From: an uncultured Clostridia bacterium
Lineage (GTDB): Bacteria; Bacillota; Clostridia; Christensenellales; UBA1242
Direction of reading: 5' to 3'
DNA: 56,251 nucleotides
NCBI GenBank assembly: GCA_944345365.1
Contig: CALVMJ010000005.1
Location: forward strand, 1-56,251
Both the position numbers and the translations under genes were made by a program. Below, piece by piece: positions 1-10,600 of the stretch. The number at the start of each line of letters is the position of its first letter. The stretch's first letter is position 1. The notes beneath the pieces were generated by a model. The model saw nothing but the letters and a program-made list of their open reading frames with translations, made no database searches and was not told the DNA's origin.

Positions 1-138
1 GCCCTTCTTATCAAAAAAGTTGCGACCAACTTGCATTTTTAATTGCAAGTTGCGTTTGGTCGCACAAAGAAAAAAAACAAGCGAAAAGCGACGCTTTTCA
101 AACTCGTTTGAAAACAAGCAAGAGTGCAGTTTTTTTTT

Positions 139-161
139 CGTGGTAGCCTCAAGGGGAATCG
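139..161 (-). repeat. 23-bp direct repeat of the tRNA-Glu 3' end
   Basis: cgtggtagcctcaaggggaatcg at 139-161 is identical to 294-316. Confidence 0.9.
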
Positions 162-274
162 CTCCGCTTCGCTTTCACGCCGGGGCTTGTCGCTTCACTG
201 AGCCACTGGCTCCGCGACTTCGCCCGTTCGATTCCCCTCTAAAATATCATCTGCTAAATAATCTTTAATAAAAT

Positions 275-295
275 AAAAAACAGGCTCTTCGCCCG
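275..295 (-). terminator. Intrinsic terminator after tRNA-Glu
   Basis: Minus strand CGGGC-GAAGA-GCCTG followed by a T run. Confidence 0.6.
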
Positions 296-370
296 TGGTA
301 GCCTCAAGGGGAATCGAACCCCTCATTCCACCGTGAAAGGGTGGCGTCTTAACCGATTGACCATGAGGCC
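296..370 (-). tRNA. tRNA-Glu(UUC)
   Basis: Minus strand GGCCTCA...CT-TTC-AC...GGTTCGATTCC...TGAGGCT-A-CCA; cloverleaf with encoded CCA. Confidence 0.97.
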
Positions 371-387
371 TTGTAGTCACATTGTCA

Positions 388-416
388 ATTATACATATCT
401 CCACATAGCCTGTCAA
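388..416 (-). promoter_or_regulatory. Sigma-A promoter of tRNA-Glu
   Basis: TTGACA-N17-TATAAT, perfect consensus. Confidence 0.85.
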
Positions 417-469
417 GCATTTTTTTTAAAAAAATTTTTTATTTCGTAAAATTTCATCATTTTTTACCT

Positions 470-1906
470 TTAACTATCTTCGATAATTTCCTGATCTCTC
501 TCCCCCATCTTTATTTGGGCTTTTAAAACATCTGCCCTCTTTATTTTATACTTTGAAAAAATTAGAATAGCACAAGCAAGGGCAATACTGCAACCACAAA
601 AAACTATTACTCCCAATCCTTTTTGAACAGACATAGGCTGGACAGGCAATGATGAATCAAACTTGATTAAATCAAGCAAAAAGCCCATAACAAGAAGTGA
701 AATTGAATTTGATAGGTTATAAGTAAAAGAATAATAGCCTAAATATGCCCCCGACTTATTTTCTCCTGTTTCATACTTTTCAAGCGAAACCACATCTGCA
801 TACATTGATATTGGAAGAGAATACATCGCCCCTGTTCCAAATCCACAAATAAATATTGTGAAACATGTAACTGGGTAAATTATCGATACATCTATATATG
901 TCCTAAACAAAAAGCTTATTGCAGTTGTTCCAATTCCCATAAGAACAACGCTTAACGCAGTTATTACTGTTAGCTTTTTGTCGATTCTCTTTGAGAGAGC
1001 AATCCATACGGGCTGAGAAATAATTGCTCCACCAAAGATACACATAAGTAGTAGTGATATTTGAGTAGATGAAAAATGATAGCAATAAGTAAACAAATGC
1101 ATTCCTATTGAGGTTAAAAAAGAAGATGCCATTTGTGAAACAGAATAACCCAAAATTATGCAAGCAAAGGAAGATTTTTTAAATACGTCAAAATATCCCC
1201 CCATAAGCTTTTTAAAAGATTGCTTTTCGTTATACATGCTTTCAATTTTATTGTTTTTTTGAACCCTTCTTAAATTTCCAAAAACACCAATAAGACCACA
1301 CAATATCATAAGCGAAGAATTGATATAGGCAATTGCAACAAATCCTTCCTGAGTGTATTCTGTTTGAACCCCAATTGAAATTGAAGGCATAAAAAAGAAC
1401 AAAAGAATGCTCGGCAAAATCATTCCAATAATGTTAAAAACTGTTTTAAAGCTTTGAACTTTTGATTGCTCGTTGTAATCAGGTGCCAGATCAAGACCAA
1501 GCGCCGACATAGGAGTCGAAAAGAAAGTGTTAACCGTTTCTTGCAAAAGCATAAAAAACAAAAGCCAACAAAACATAAATGCTTGGTTTCCGTTTGGCAT
1601 ATTCCATAAGAATAAGTTACACAAAGCAACTCCGAATATGGCAAAAAAAACATAACCAAGGCGTCTTCCGAAAAACTTGTTTCTTGTCCTATCCGAAAGA
1701 TGTCCAACAAGAGGATCGCTTATACCGTCCCAAAGCGAAGCAATTGCTATAGCAATACCAACTAACGAACCAGAAATTCCCATGACACTTGTCCCAAAAA
1801 ACATAATAAAAGAATTAAGGGTTTGGGAAAGAGAGCTATAACCCATACTTCCCATTCCATAACAAATTTTGTTAAAAAGAGGTAATTGCTTTCTTGTTTT
1901 TGACAT
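470..1906 (-). CDS. MFS transporter, GPH (MelB-like sugar:cation symporter) family
   Basis: About 12 hydrophobic segments; motifs WDGISDPLVGHLSDRT..FGRR and MYADVV..E...G. Confidence 0.88.
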   Translation of the reverse strand: MSKTRKQLPLFNKICYGMGSMGYSSLSQTLNSFIMFFGTSVMGISGSLVGIAIAIASLWDGISDPLVGHLSDRTRNKFFGRRLGYVFFAIFGVALCNLFLWNMPNGNQAFMFCWLLFFMLLQETVNTFFSTPMSALGLDLAPDYNEQSKVQSFKTVFNIIGMILPSILLFFFMPSISIGVQTEYTQEGFVAIAYINSSLMILCGLIGVFGNLRRVQKNNKIESMYNEKQSFKKLMGGYFDVFKKSSFACIILGYSVSQMASSFLTSIGMHLFTYCYHFSSTQISLLLMCIFGGAIISQPVWIALSKRIDKKLTVITALSVVLMGIGTTAISFLFRTYIDVSIIYPVTCFTIFICGFGTGAMYSLPISMYADVVSLEKYETGENKSGAYLGYYSFTYNLSNSISLLVMGFLLDLIKFDSSLPVQPMSVQKGLGVIVFCGCSIALACAILIFSKYKIKRADVLKAQIKMGERDQEIIEDS

Positions 1907-1967
1907 CAATGTATGTATATGCAGTAATTAAAACAATAAATTCTTATAAACAATTAAAAAAAGAAGA

Positions 1968-2723
1968 CTAGTTGTCTTCTTTTTGTTTGTCTCCATCTTT
2001 TTCTTCTTTAAGATTTTTTAGCCCCAGTTTATGTTTATTGACCTTTGGAAAAAGAATCCTTGATGCAATTTCAAAACGGCTCTCTTTGTAAGGAATAAGT
2101 TCTTTGCAATATTTTTCAACTCCCTCCAAAATATCTGCCTTATCTTTTTCATAGCCCTTTGTAGGCATTATTAATGTCACTTCTCTGCGTTTAACTTTCT
2201 TCTTAGCTATTAAGTCTTTGTAGATTGTCCTTCCAAAAACCATAACACCTTTAAAACCCGTCCCCCCCGAAATTTCATAAACATTTCCTTTTATGATAAT
2301 TTGAATTTTTGGATAAGTCTTTTTAACAACCTCAGCCAAATCTATTGTAAAAACATTTGAAAATGAATTATTAATTGCAGTTGAAACTTGCAGAGCAAAA
2401 TCTTTTGGAGATTCGTTGGATCTACAATCGGCAAGCTCAATTTTCTTGCTTGGTTTTTTAAATTCGGTTGGTAAATACGAAATCTTCCTTACCTTAAAAA
2501 AATTCCTGTTTTTAGTAGATTGCTTGCTAAGAACAATTCCTGCATTGGATAAAAGATTATTTGATGTATCATAAATAATTTCAGTTTCTCTAATTTTTTC
2601 TTTAAAACGAAAACTAAAAAAACCTAAATGAAGATTTAATTTATCAACAATTTCATCTTCATTATTTCTAAGCATATCATAATGATATTTTTCTTCTTCA
2701 AATTCAAGGGATTTTTCTGACAC
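1968..2723 (-). CDS. Hypothetical protein, possibly a degenerate CYTH domain
   Basis: GTG start with GGAGG RBS; N-terminal EEEK and YDTxxxLLxxAGIVL resemble CYTH motifs. Confidence 0.5.
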   Translation of the reverse strand: MSEKSLEFEEEKYHYDMLRNNEDEIVDKLNLHLGFFSFRFKEKIRETEIIYDTSNNLLSNAGIVLSKQSTKNRNFFKVRKISYLPTEFKKPSKKIELADCRSNESPKDFALQVSTAINNSFSNVFTIDLAEVVKKTYPKIQIIIKGNVYEISGGTGFKGVMVFGRTIYKDLIAKKKVKRREVTLIMPTKGYEKDKADILEGVEKYCKELIPYKESRFEIASRILFPKVNKHKLGLKNLKEEKDGDKQKEDN

Positions 2724-2821
2724 GATAAACCTCCGATATTTATTAGTTTATCTTAATTTCAGAAAAAATGCAAACAAATATTTGCATAAAAAAAATTAGG
2801 CAAGCCTAATTTTCTTAAATT

Positions 2822-3097
2822 TTAAGCATTGAAAATTTGTTTAAAGCTATTTCCAAACTTGAATGATGGAACACTTTTTGCTGGAACCTTAACTTCTTTC
2901 TTTGTTAAAGGATTAAACTTTTTACTTTCTGCTTTTTTCTTTAATTCGAAAGAACCAAATCCTGCAATTGAAATCTTATCTCCTTTTTTAAGAGCTTCAA
3001 CAACAGTTGCCACCATTGCCTCAAAAGCAATTCCTGCATCTTTTTGAGTAAACCCAGCCTTGTCTGACATAACTTTAATAAATTCTGCTTTATTCAT
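2822..3097 (-). CDS. hup: DNA-binding protein HU
   Basis: MNKAEFI...GFGSFE...NPLT...VPSFK HU signature. Confidence 0.95.
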   Translation of the reverse strand: MNKAEFIKVMSDKAGFTQKDAGIAFEAMVATVVEALKKGDKISIAGFGSFELKKKAESKKFNPLTKKEVKVPAKSVPSFKFGNSFKQIFNA

Positions 3098-3212
3098 ATT
3101 TTTTTCTCCTTTTATTTAATCGTATATTACTATACCTGAAATAATAGTAGCATATTTTCCTAAAATTTCAAAACGATTTTTCCCAAATTTAACAAATACT
3201 ATACTAACAATA

Positions 3213-4025
3213 TTATCTAGCAAATAATTTTTCTATTTCTCCCCAATAAAAGGAAGTGATTGCAACAAACTTTTTCCAAAACAACGAGCCCTCATCGATC
3301 GAACCATTTCTGACAATAATATCAGCCACCCCCCTTACCTGTTGTTCACTAAATGCTCCATAAAATCTTGAGTCATTGCTAACAGATCTGTTATCTCCAA
3401 GACAAATCATATAATCTTCGGGGATTTCGTAAAAATATGTTCCATCAATGTTCACAGCCTCTTCATAATATCCTGCGCTGTTGTTAATAAATTTTTGATA
3501 AAAAGCTTTTTCGTAAATTACACCACCATCAGTTACTGTTGCGATATAAGTCCCTGCATATTTCCACTCCTCGTAGCTTTTTATATAATCTTCTTGCAAA
3601 ACGATCACATCTTCTTGTCCTGCGTAAATAATAGAAACATGATAAAGCCCGTCCTCACCAACCGTTATTGCCACTTTGTCGCCTTCCATACCAATAACTC
3701 GCTTGATAATATTATCCTTTGTAGTTTTTATTACAACTATGTCTCCGTGATCCGGTTTTTCTTTATTGTTAACATAAACAAAGTCTTGCGATTGATGTTC
3801 AGTCGTTATACCTGGGTTTATGGTTGGTTGCATAGAGGACCCTACAACAGTAGATATGTAATAGGTAGATTTAAAAGAGAAATACCAAATTATTGCCGAA
3901 AGAAAAATTACCACATAAATAAAAAATATGATGGTTAACGCCTTTTTTGCTTTTTTTATTTCCTTGTCAACAAACTCGTCTTTTTCCCTTGATGCCATTT
4001 GTTTTTTTCTTTTAAACTTAAACAT
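3213..4025 (-). CDS. lepB: Signal peptidase I
   Basis: N-terminal TM; GSSMQPT (Ser), IKRVIG (Lys), GDNRSVSNDSRFYG. Confidence 0.93.
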   Translation of the reverse strand: MFKFKRKKQMASREKDEFVDKEIKKAKKALTIIFFIYVVIFLSAIIWYFSFKSTYYISTVVGSSMQPTINPGITTEHQSQDFVYVNNKEKPDHGDIVVIKTTKDNIIKRVIGMEGDKVAITVGEDGLYHVSIIYAGQEDVIVLQEDYIKSYEEWKYAGTYIATVTDGGVIYEKAFYQKFINNSAGYYEEAVNIDGTYFYEIPEDYMICLGDNRSVSNDSRFYGAFSEQQVRGVADIIVRNGSIDEGSLFWKKFVAITSFYWGEIEKLFAR

Positions 4026-4035
4026 TTTTCTCCTT

Positions 4036-4569
4036 TTACTTTCTTAAAGAAAATCTACAACCACAATAATTTTGCCTATATATGTCATATTTTTTTGAAA
4101 TCTCAATGCTGTTTTTAAAGCCATTTTGCTTTTTAAAATTCCCTTCCAAGAATTCTAAGTGGTTCATATCTGCAATTTCTTTTCCAATCTGATTAATAAT
4201 TTCAAAGTTTTTGTGTGGACTAACCGTCAAAGTTGTGCTAAAAACTTCAAAATTATTTTCTTTTGCAAATTTTGCAGTTCTTTTAAGCCTAAACTCAAAG
4301 CACTTCTTACAACGCTCTCCCCCTTCCTTTTCAAATTCAAGCCCTTTAACAAATTGAAGAAACTCTTTTTCATCATAAACATCTTCAATCACATCAATCC
4401 CCACTATTTTAGCATATCTCTTTTGCTCCTCCAAGCGTTTTTGATATTCAGAATGTGGATATATATTTGAATTTGTGTAGAAAATTGTCAAATCATAGTC
4501 CCTTTTTAGAACCTCAATAACCCAAGTGGAACAGGGCCCACAACAAGAATGAAGCAAAAGTTTTTTCAT
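4036..4569 (-). CDS. queH: Epoxyqueuosine reductase QueH
   Basis: LLLHSCCGPCS, RCxxCFxxRL, YRQNYCGCRFS. Confidence 0.93.
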   Translation of the reverse strand: MKKLLLHSCCGPCSTWVIEVLKRDYDLTIFYTNSNIYPHSEYQKRLEEQKRYAKIVGIDVIEDVYDEKEFLQFVKGLEFEKEGGERCKKCFEFRLKRTAKFAKENNFEVFSTTLTVSPHKNFEIINQIGKEIADMNHLEFLEGNFKKQNGFKNSIEISKKYDIYRQNYCGCRFSLRK

Positions 4570-5000
4570 TTTTGCACCCCCAAAAGTTCCATAACCTCTT
4601 TTAAAACTGAGTTATGGGTTGACAATTCTTCTAAACTGCTCTTCTCAAAAAACTTTAAAGTAAAAATAAAAACAAAGAGTTTGCCTTGATTTTCAATGAA
4701 AATGTGTGCTATTTGCTTTTTTGAAAACTTTTCCTCAATAACATAAAAACGGCACTCTTTCTGACCAATATTAAATTTATCCACAAAAGTAAGCTTAAGA
4801 TTGACAGTTATTTTTTCGTAATCACGAAACATTTTGTCAAACATTCTAAGCCCTGCGTTTAACTCTTCCTCCACCTCAAAGACGGAAACCGTTTCCCCGC
4901 ATGGAGAAATAAGGTTGTCCACATTTTTTAACTTTTGATCATTGTTAAGAGAATATTTTTCTTTTGATTTTTTCCAACTCTTTGACAAAATTATATTCAT
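4566..5000 (-). CDS. Hypothetical protein
   Basis: ATG at 5000 with GAGGT RBS; stop overlaps the queH start (ATGA). Confidence 0.65.
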   Translation of the reverse strand: MNIILSKSWKKSKEKYSLNNDQKLKNVDNLISPCGETVSVFEVEEELNAGLRMFDKMFRDYEKITVNLKLTFVDKFNIGQKECRFYVIEEKFSKKQIAHIFIENQGKLFVFIFTLKFFEKSSLEELSTHNSVLKEVMELLGVQK

Positions 5001-5056
5001 AAAAGAAACCTCTTTTTCAAGAGATTTTAGCACAATTGCATCAAAATAGCAACAAA

Positions 5057-5239
5057 TTAAAACAAAAGATTTCCTGAGCACCTTGGACAGGTGTTTGCAC
5101 AGCAACAACCATTGTTATTGTTTGAAAGCGTCAAAAGTAGAAGCAGTAAAAAGTTGGAATTTGTGTTAAGGTTTGTGTCTGTTGCAGAAGCAATAACAGA
5201 AATTAATAATACCAACAAAATTTCATTTGATATGCTCAT
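5057..5239 (-). CDS. Small Leu/Asn/Cys-rich protein (possibly spore-coat-like)
   Basis: GGGGGA RBS before ATG 5239; 60 aa with a poly-Leu tract and CCC..C..C tail. Confidence 0.55.
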   Translation of the reverse strand: MSISNEILLVLLISVIASATDTNLNTNSNFLLLLLLTLSNNNNGCCCANTCPRCSGNLLF

Positions 5240-5418
5240 TTTTCCCCCCATAAAACAAAAATTACGAAATTGCAATCAAATACCCCAAAATCAAACAAAT
5301 TTCTCTTTTGATTTTTTCTCTTATGTTGTTAATATAAACCTATAAAACATCAAAACAAAGATTAAAGATATTTTTATTTATGTTAAGACTAAAAAAAATG
5401 TTACAAAAAGGAGAGCAA

Positions 5419-5763
5419 ATGGAAAACGAAAAATATTTAATGCTTTCACAAAGAAACAAAACCGAGATTCAAAATTATCTCCCCCACGACAACCAACTGG
5501 ATAAATTGGCATTATATTTTCAAAATTTTTCGGACTTGACAAGATTAAAAATTTTGTCTTGCCTTGCCTTTTGTGATCTTTGCGTAAATGATCTGTCAAA
5601 TCTTTTAAAAATAAATCAAACAACAATAAGTCATCAATTAAAAACATTAAAAGATCAAAATATGGTCTCCTATAAAAGAAATGGAAAGATAATTATTTAT
5701 TATTTAAAATCAAAAGAAATAAATGATATTATGTCTTTTGCAGTTAATTCCTTAGAATATTAA
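5419..5763 (+). CDS. ArsR/SmtB family transcriptional regulator
   Basis: FSDLTRLKIL...LCVNDL...QTTISHQLKTLK...RNGK; AAGGAG RBS before ATG 5419. Confidence 0.92.
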   Translation: MENEKYLMLSQRNKTEIQNYLPHDNQLDKLALYFQNFSDLTRLKILSCLAFCDLCVNDLSNLLKINQTTISHQLKTLKDQNMVSYKRNGKIIIYYLKSKEINDIMSFAVNSLEY

Positions 5764-6056
5764 ATACAATTTAAAAATTAAATTAATAATATCACATTCA
5801 AATATTAGGCATCATTTTAAATAATATTAAATAATTCCAAACATATTTTGTAAATATAAAACTCCAAAAAATCATATTATGTCAAAAAATAAAATAATTT
5901 ATAATTTTTTTTATTTTTTTTAAAAAATATGTTAAAAACATTTGGAGTTAATTTTTTTTTGTGTTATATTATGAATGTAAAAGTTAAACAAGAAAGAAAT
6001 TTTGAATAAAAAAATATTCTTTTACAAAAAATAAATTAAACTTTTGGAGGTTAATT

Positions 6057-6377
6057 ATGTGGAAATTTTTGACAATGTTAGGTATAAATTGGGAAACAGT
6101 TGGAAATGGAGAATATAAATGGATAGGCGATATTTATAAAGTATTAAATCCTCTTCTTTATGCAATTATGGGTATTGTTGGTGCTGCTGGTGCTGTTTAC
6201 TCAATTGTACTTGGAGTTAACCTTGCAAGAGCAGAAGATCAATCAAAGCGTGATGAAGCAAAGAAGAGACTTATTACCACCTTAATTGCTGTTGCTGTTA
6301 CTATTGCCCTTTGCTTATTCTTTACATTATTATTCCCTATGATTTTGGAAGCATTTTTGAAACCTAATGAAGCATAG
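6057..6377 (+). CDS. VirB2/TrbC-like pilin-type small membrane protein
   Basis: GGAGG RBS; two hydrophobic helices around the loop ARAEDQSKRDEAKKRL, typical of conjugative pilin-like proteins. Confidence 0.65.
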   Translation: MWKFLTMLGINWETVGNGEYKWIGDIYKVLNPLLYAIMGIVGAAGAVYSIVLGVNLARAEDQSKRDEAKKRLITTLIAVAVTIALCLFFTLLFPMILEAFLKPNEA

Positions 6378-6412
6378 ACTACTAAAATTAATAATTAATA
6401 ATTAATAATTTG

Positions 6413-6442
6413 AAAACAACCTCAAATGAGGTTGTTTTTTTT
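6413..6442 (+). terminator. Intrinsic terminator
   Basis: AAAACAACCTC-AAAT-GAGGTTGTTTT followed by a T run. Confidence 0.8.
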
Positions 6443-6612
6443 GTTGTTAACGACAAATAAAAATTTTCAATAAATTAGTAAAGAGTTAATTTAAAATATT
6501 AAACAACCACTTGCATTAAAAATTTTTATGTGATAAAATAAGTGCGTTTAAGTAATTTAATAATTTCTTATGAAATGATATTCTACTTAACTTATTAAAT
6601 TCTCATATTAAT

Positions 6613-6702
6613 GCAGAGATGTCAGAGTGGTCGAATGTGCCGGTCTCGAAAACCGGTGTGCCTGCAAAGGCACCGAGGGTTCAAATCCCTCTCTCTGCGC
6701 CA
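6613..6702 (+). tRNA. tRNA-Ser(CGA)
   Basis: GCAGAGA/TCTCTGC acceptor stem; CCGGT-CT-CGA-AA-ACCGG; long variable arm; GGTTCAAATCC; G73-CCA. Confidence 0.97.
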
Positions 6703-6798
6703 AAAAAATTGATTTTCGACATTATAATCAGTTAATAACTGATTTTTATTTGACTTATTTTTGTTTTTGTTATACGCTTATAATATAAGGGGGTCATT

Positions 6799-7353
6799 AT
6801 GAAGACAAAAGAAATAGTAAAAAGAATATTTTTGTTCATATTTGGGTTGTTACCATTTATTAGCCTTGCTTTCCCTTTTCTTACATTGAAAGTAAGTGGT
6901 GGAATCGGAGATTATGGTGGAGCGCGTTCAGGTAACATATCTTTCACTGAATGGATTGATTCAATTAAGCAAGAAAACCTTGAAGGACTTACACCGGGAA
7001 TGACGCAGGAAGCTCTTACAAACTGGAAAGTTGCAGAGGTATTTTACATCATCTTCTTCGTTTTGCTTGGGCTGGCAATAATTGGCGCCGTTGCTCAGTT
7101 CTTCATTAAAAACAAATATTTAAATATCGCTGTTCAACTTTTAGGTCTTTTATCTCTTTTAACTGTTTTAATCGCAACGATAACAAACATCGCGGGTCAA
7201 GCACAACTTTCAAGAGGAATGGATATCCTCGGTGTTTATGTAACTTTCAGCATTCTTCCACACGCAGGATTTATTTTAATTTCGCTTGCTGGAATTATTG
7301 CAAGTTCAATAGCAATTTCTTGCAGTTTAAAAGCAAAAAAGAAAAAAAAGTAA
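6799..7353 (+). CDS. Hypothetical membrane protein (about 4 TM)
   Basis: Hydrophobic segments, Lys-rich tail, AAGGGGG RBS. Confidence 0.75.
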   Translation: MKTKEIVKRIFLFIFGLLPFISLAFPFLTLKVSGGIGDYGGARSGNISFTEWIDSIKQENLEGLTPGMTQEALTNWKVAEVFYIIFFVLLGLAIIGAVAQFFIKNKYLNIAVQLLGLLSLLTVLIATITNIAGQAQLSRGMDILGVYVTFSILPHAGFILISLAGIIASSIAISCSLKAKKKKK

Positions 7354-7634
7354 AAAATATTAAAATTAATTAAAAACACGAAATATTCGCTATTTCGTGT
7401 TTTTTGTTTTCGGGTTTTTAGTCTTTTTGCCGATTTTAGCTTAAAACTTATTTTTTAAGCATTTTAATTTTAAACTAATTTAATCTTAAAATACATTTAA
7501 TTTGAATTATTTTACTTCGAATATATATAATATTATTATATTAATTAATTTAATATATATATTATAATTATTTTGTTTTTTTTCTTTTGTATGCTAAAAT
7601 AATATTGTCAAAAAATGACAAAAAGAGGTGGTTT

Positions 7635-10600
7635 ATGTCAAAGGTAAAAAAAATTTTAAGTTTATCCTTTATGGGACTTGCTTCGGTCTGCGTGCTTAGT
7701 GGATCTGCATTTTTGTTTGGCACTGACAAATCAAACCAAACGGAAATTTCCTCCGCCGATGTTTCATCGCAAATAAACAACAATGTTCGTGACTATTTCG
7801 AAGCAAAATGGAAAAAAACAGCTGGAACTGGAACTGAAACTGAAATAAAAAACCTAATAGCAACCAACTCTCCGGTAGCTTTGTTTGCTTCAACGGACTC
7901 TGATTTTGTGAATTTAAGGTTTACAACCGAAGACATTAAAATTATTGAAGAACCAACTGGCACGAAGGGACCTTTCCACTATAACCCAGACGGAGATGAC
8001 AGCAACGATGAGTGGTATGCCTTTAACTTTGACGGATTTTCAATCAAGCATAATGACAATGCTTTAAGTGTTGGCGAAACTAATGCTAGTTACATCACCA
8101 CCCAAACAGCCGAAACTGACTACTATGAAAGTTTTATGACCCAGGCTTTTGACCTTGATATAAAGCTTAATTCCACTATCGAAAACGCCTCGGTTAATGG
8201 CAATACATTGACTGTTAAAGATGAAGGTGTTTATGAAATAACTATTCCTTACTCGCTATACTACACTAATGACAACGGAAATTCCTTCACATCAAGTTCG
8301 GAAACACTTACCTACACTTTTATGATTTTTAAACATTCAACTTATTTGCAAGACTCTTTGAATAAGCCAAGAGTTGAAACTGCCGAGTTTGATATAGTAA
8401 ACATTTCAAATGATTCTGAAAGTGTTGATACATATTATTATCATAACTATCAATCAGCAAACCTTGGTTACATTAAATTTGACGCAACTAAGTTTGACCT
8501 TACAATAACAAAAAAGTATGGCTTTGATTCCATAACCGAAAAAATTGAATTTGACAGCCAAGCTTTTGAAAATGACAACAATTACTTTGTTGCTAAATAT
8601 CAAAACAGCAAGATTTTTAAGTTATCATTTGATAAATCAACAAAGTTTTGCACAGTTTATTTCACCGATATTGGAGAATACACCCTTAACTTTGACCTTG
8701 TTTACTCTCATTCAAACAAAAAATATGTTTTGCCTACATCTGTTAAAACCCAAAAAGCATATTTGTTTGGTTATCAATCAACCTACACCGTTTACGACAG
8801 CAACACAAAACAAAATTCCTATCCGGAATTTAAGTCGATTGACGAGAATTTTAATGTCACAAAAAGCGCAGATATAACGAGTAAAGTTACTGGGGAAGAT
8901 TTTTCTTCAACGACATTAGAAGGGATAATCAATGATGAAGATCTAGCTCTTACTCCCGTTTCAACAAATCAAACACCTGTTAAGTTTAATGAAAACGCAA
9001 ATCTTTCTTCGGCAACTCTTTACAAAGTGACAAGAGGTGGTGAAGCTCTCTCGCTTGACGGAGGCACACAAATAAACGCGTCCAAGAATATAAGTTCTGC
9101 TGGAACATATCTTGTTGTGTTTGAATACTCTTTCAATGAATATCGAGATAGGAATGGATTAATTAATGCAAGCAAAAGATTTCATCAAGTTTTTTACTTT
9201 AATATAAACAACGCAACTCCAACTGTTAATGTTTATGCAAGCGACAGCACACCTAGTGGAGAGACTCCTTCTCTTGCTTCTGGACAATACACAAACAAAA
9301 ATGTTTATGTTGAAAGCATTTATGAAGAAAACGAATTTAACAGCGATGTAATAATCAAAATTGAAAAATATGACTTTGAGGAAAAAACGACAACAACGAG
9401 TGATCTTTCTGATTATAGCAAAGATGGTGACTACTTTGTTTTCACAGAAAACGGAAACTACACAATTAAAATCTACTTTGGAAGACAAGGCATTAATGGA
9501 ACACCAATAACAAGAAGGTTCAACATAGACAAAACTGATATAAAAGATGTTAAAGGTTATTCTGTTGAAAGTGCTGGAGGAAGTTTTTATAAAACTTCGT
9601 CAGAAATTACAACCTTAACAAATCAGCCAATTATTTTCAGTTGGCAACAAGAAAAGCAAAGTGGGGCTTCGGTGACTGGCTATTACCGATATTACCCTAT
9701 CAATAAAACAACAAATTTGACCTCTCTTTCTTCAAATTTATCGACCTACATCACAAACAATTTGGGGATACCTGTTGATTATGAATTGAATCTAAGCGAT
9801 GTCTCATGGAACTACTATGAGAATGCAAGGGGTGTTGAAAACACATCATCAATTTCAAGGTCATACATTCGCGAAAGTTCTGGACTTTATGTTTTGCAAG
9901 TTTTTGATGATGCTGGAAACAGTGCAGTAAAGGTCTTCCTTGTTGACAAGACCTCTCCAAACTTTGTAATCAAAACAACTGATTCTAGCAACACAGATTC
10001 TTATTCCTTCCTAACAAAAAACACAACAATATCAGAAGACGCAGAAATTATTTGGGGAGAAAATAAGATATTTAAAGTAAATCCTTCCTCTACTACTGGT
10101 AGCTTATATCAAAACAAAAATGATATTACGGACACAAAACTTAAAGATGCACTTGACGCTTTTAAAACAGATTATTTCAAAACGCTTAATTTTTTTGGCA
10201 GTGACACAGGATTAAATGGCGAATATGTTAATATTAAAATAAACAAAGAAATCCTCTACTCCGAAAAAGGAAGTGATTTCGACTTTGAGGAAATATATAG
10301 TAAAAAAATTATTTCTTCATATTCACTTTACTATACAGCTGTTGACGGAATCTTTAATTATTACTTTTCAACCTCAAATCCTGAGGTTTATATTAAAGTT
10401 GATAACCCAAGCGCAGAGAACGCTTATGAAAATGGAACAGTGATATATAAAATAGATATCGTAGGAGAATTGAAAGAATATGTTGGAAATCCAGATGGAA
10501 ACAATTATCAATCTGTCTACATAATGGAAGGTTCTTTTAACTTCCTGTTAAGAGATGAATCAAACACTATGGGATCGTCGCTTTCTGACAAAGAAAAATA

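Noticed and set aside
20-416. ORFs 20..268 and 195..416
   Set aside because: They overlap tRNA-Glu and its repeat or palindromes; no RBS or protein-like features.
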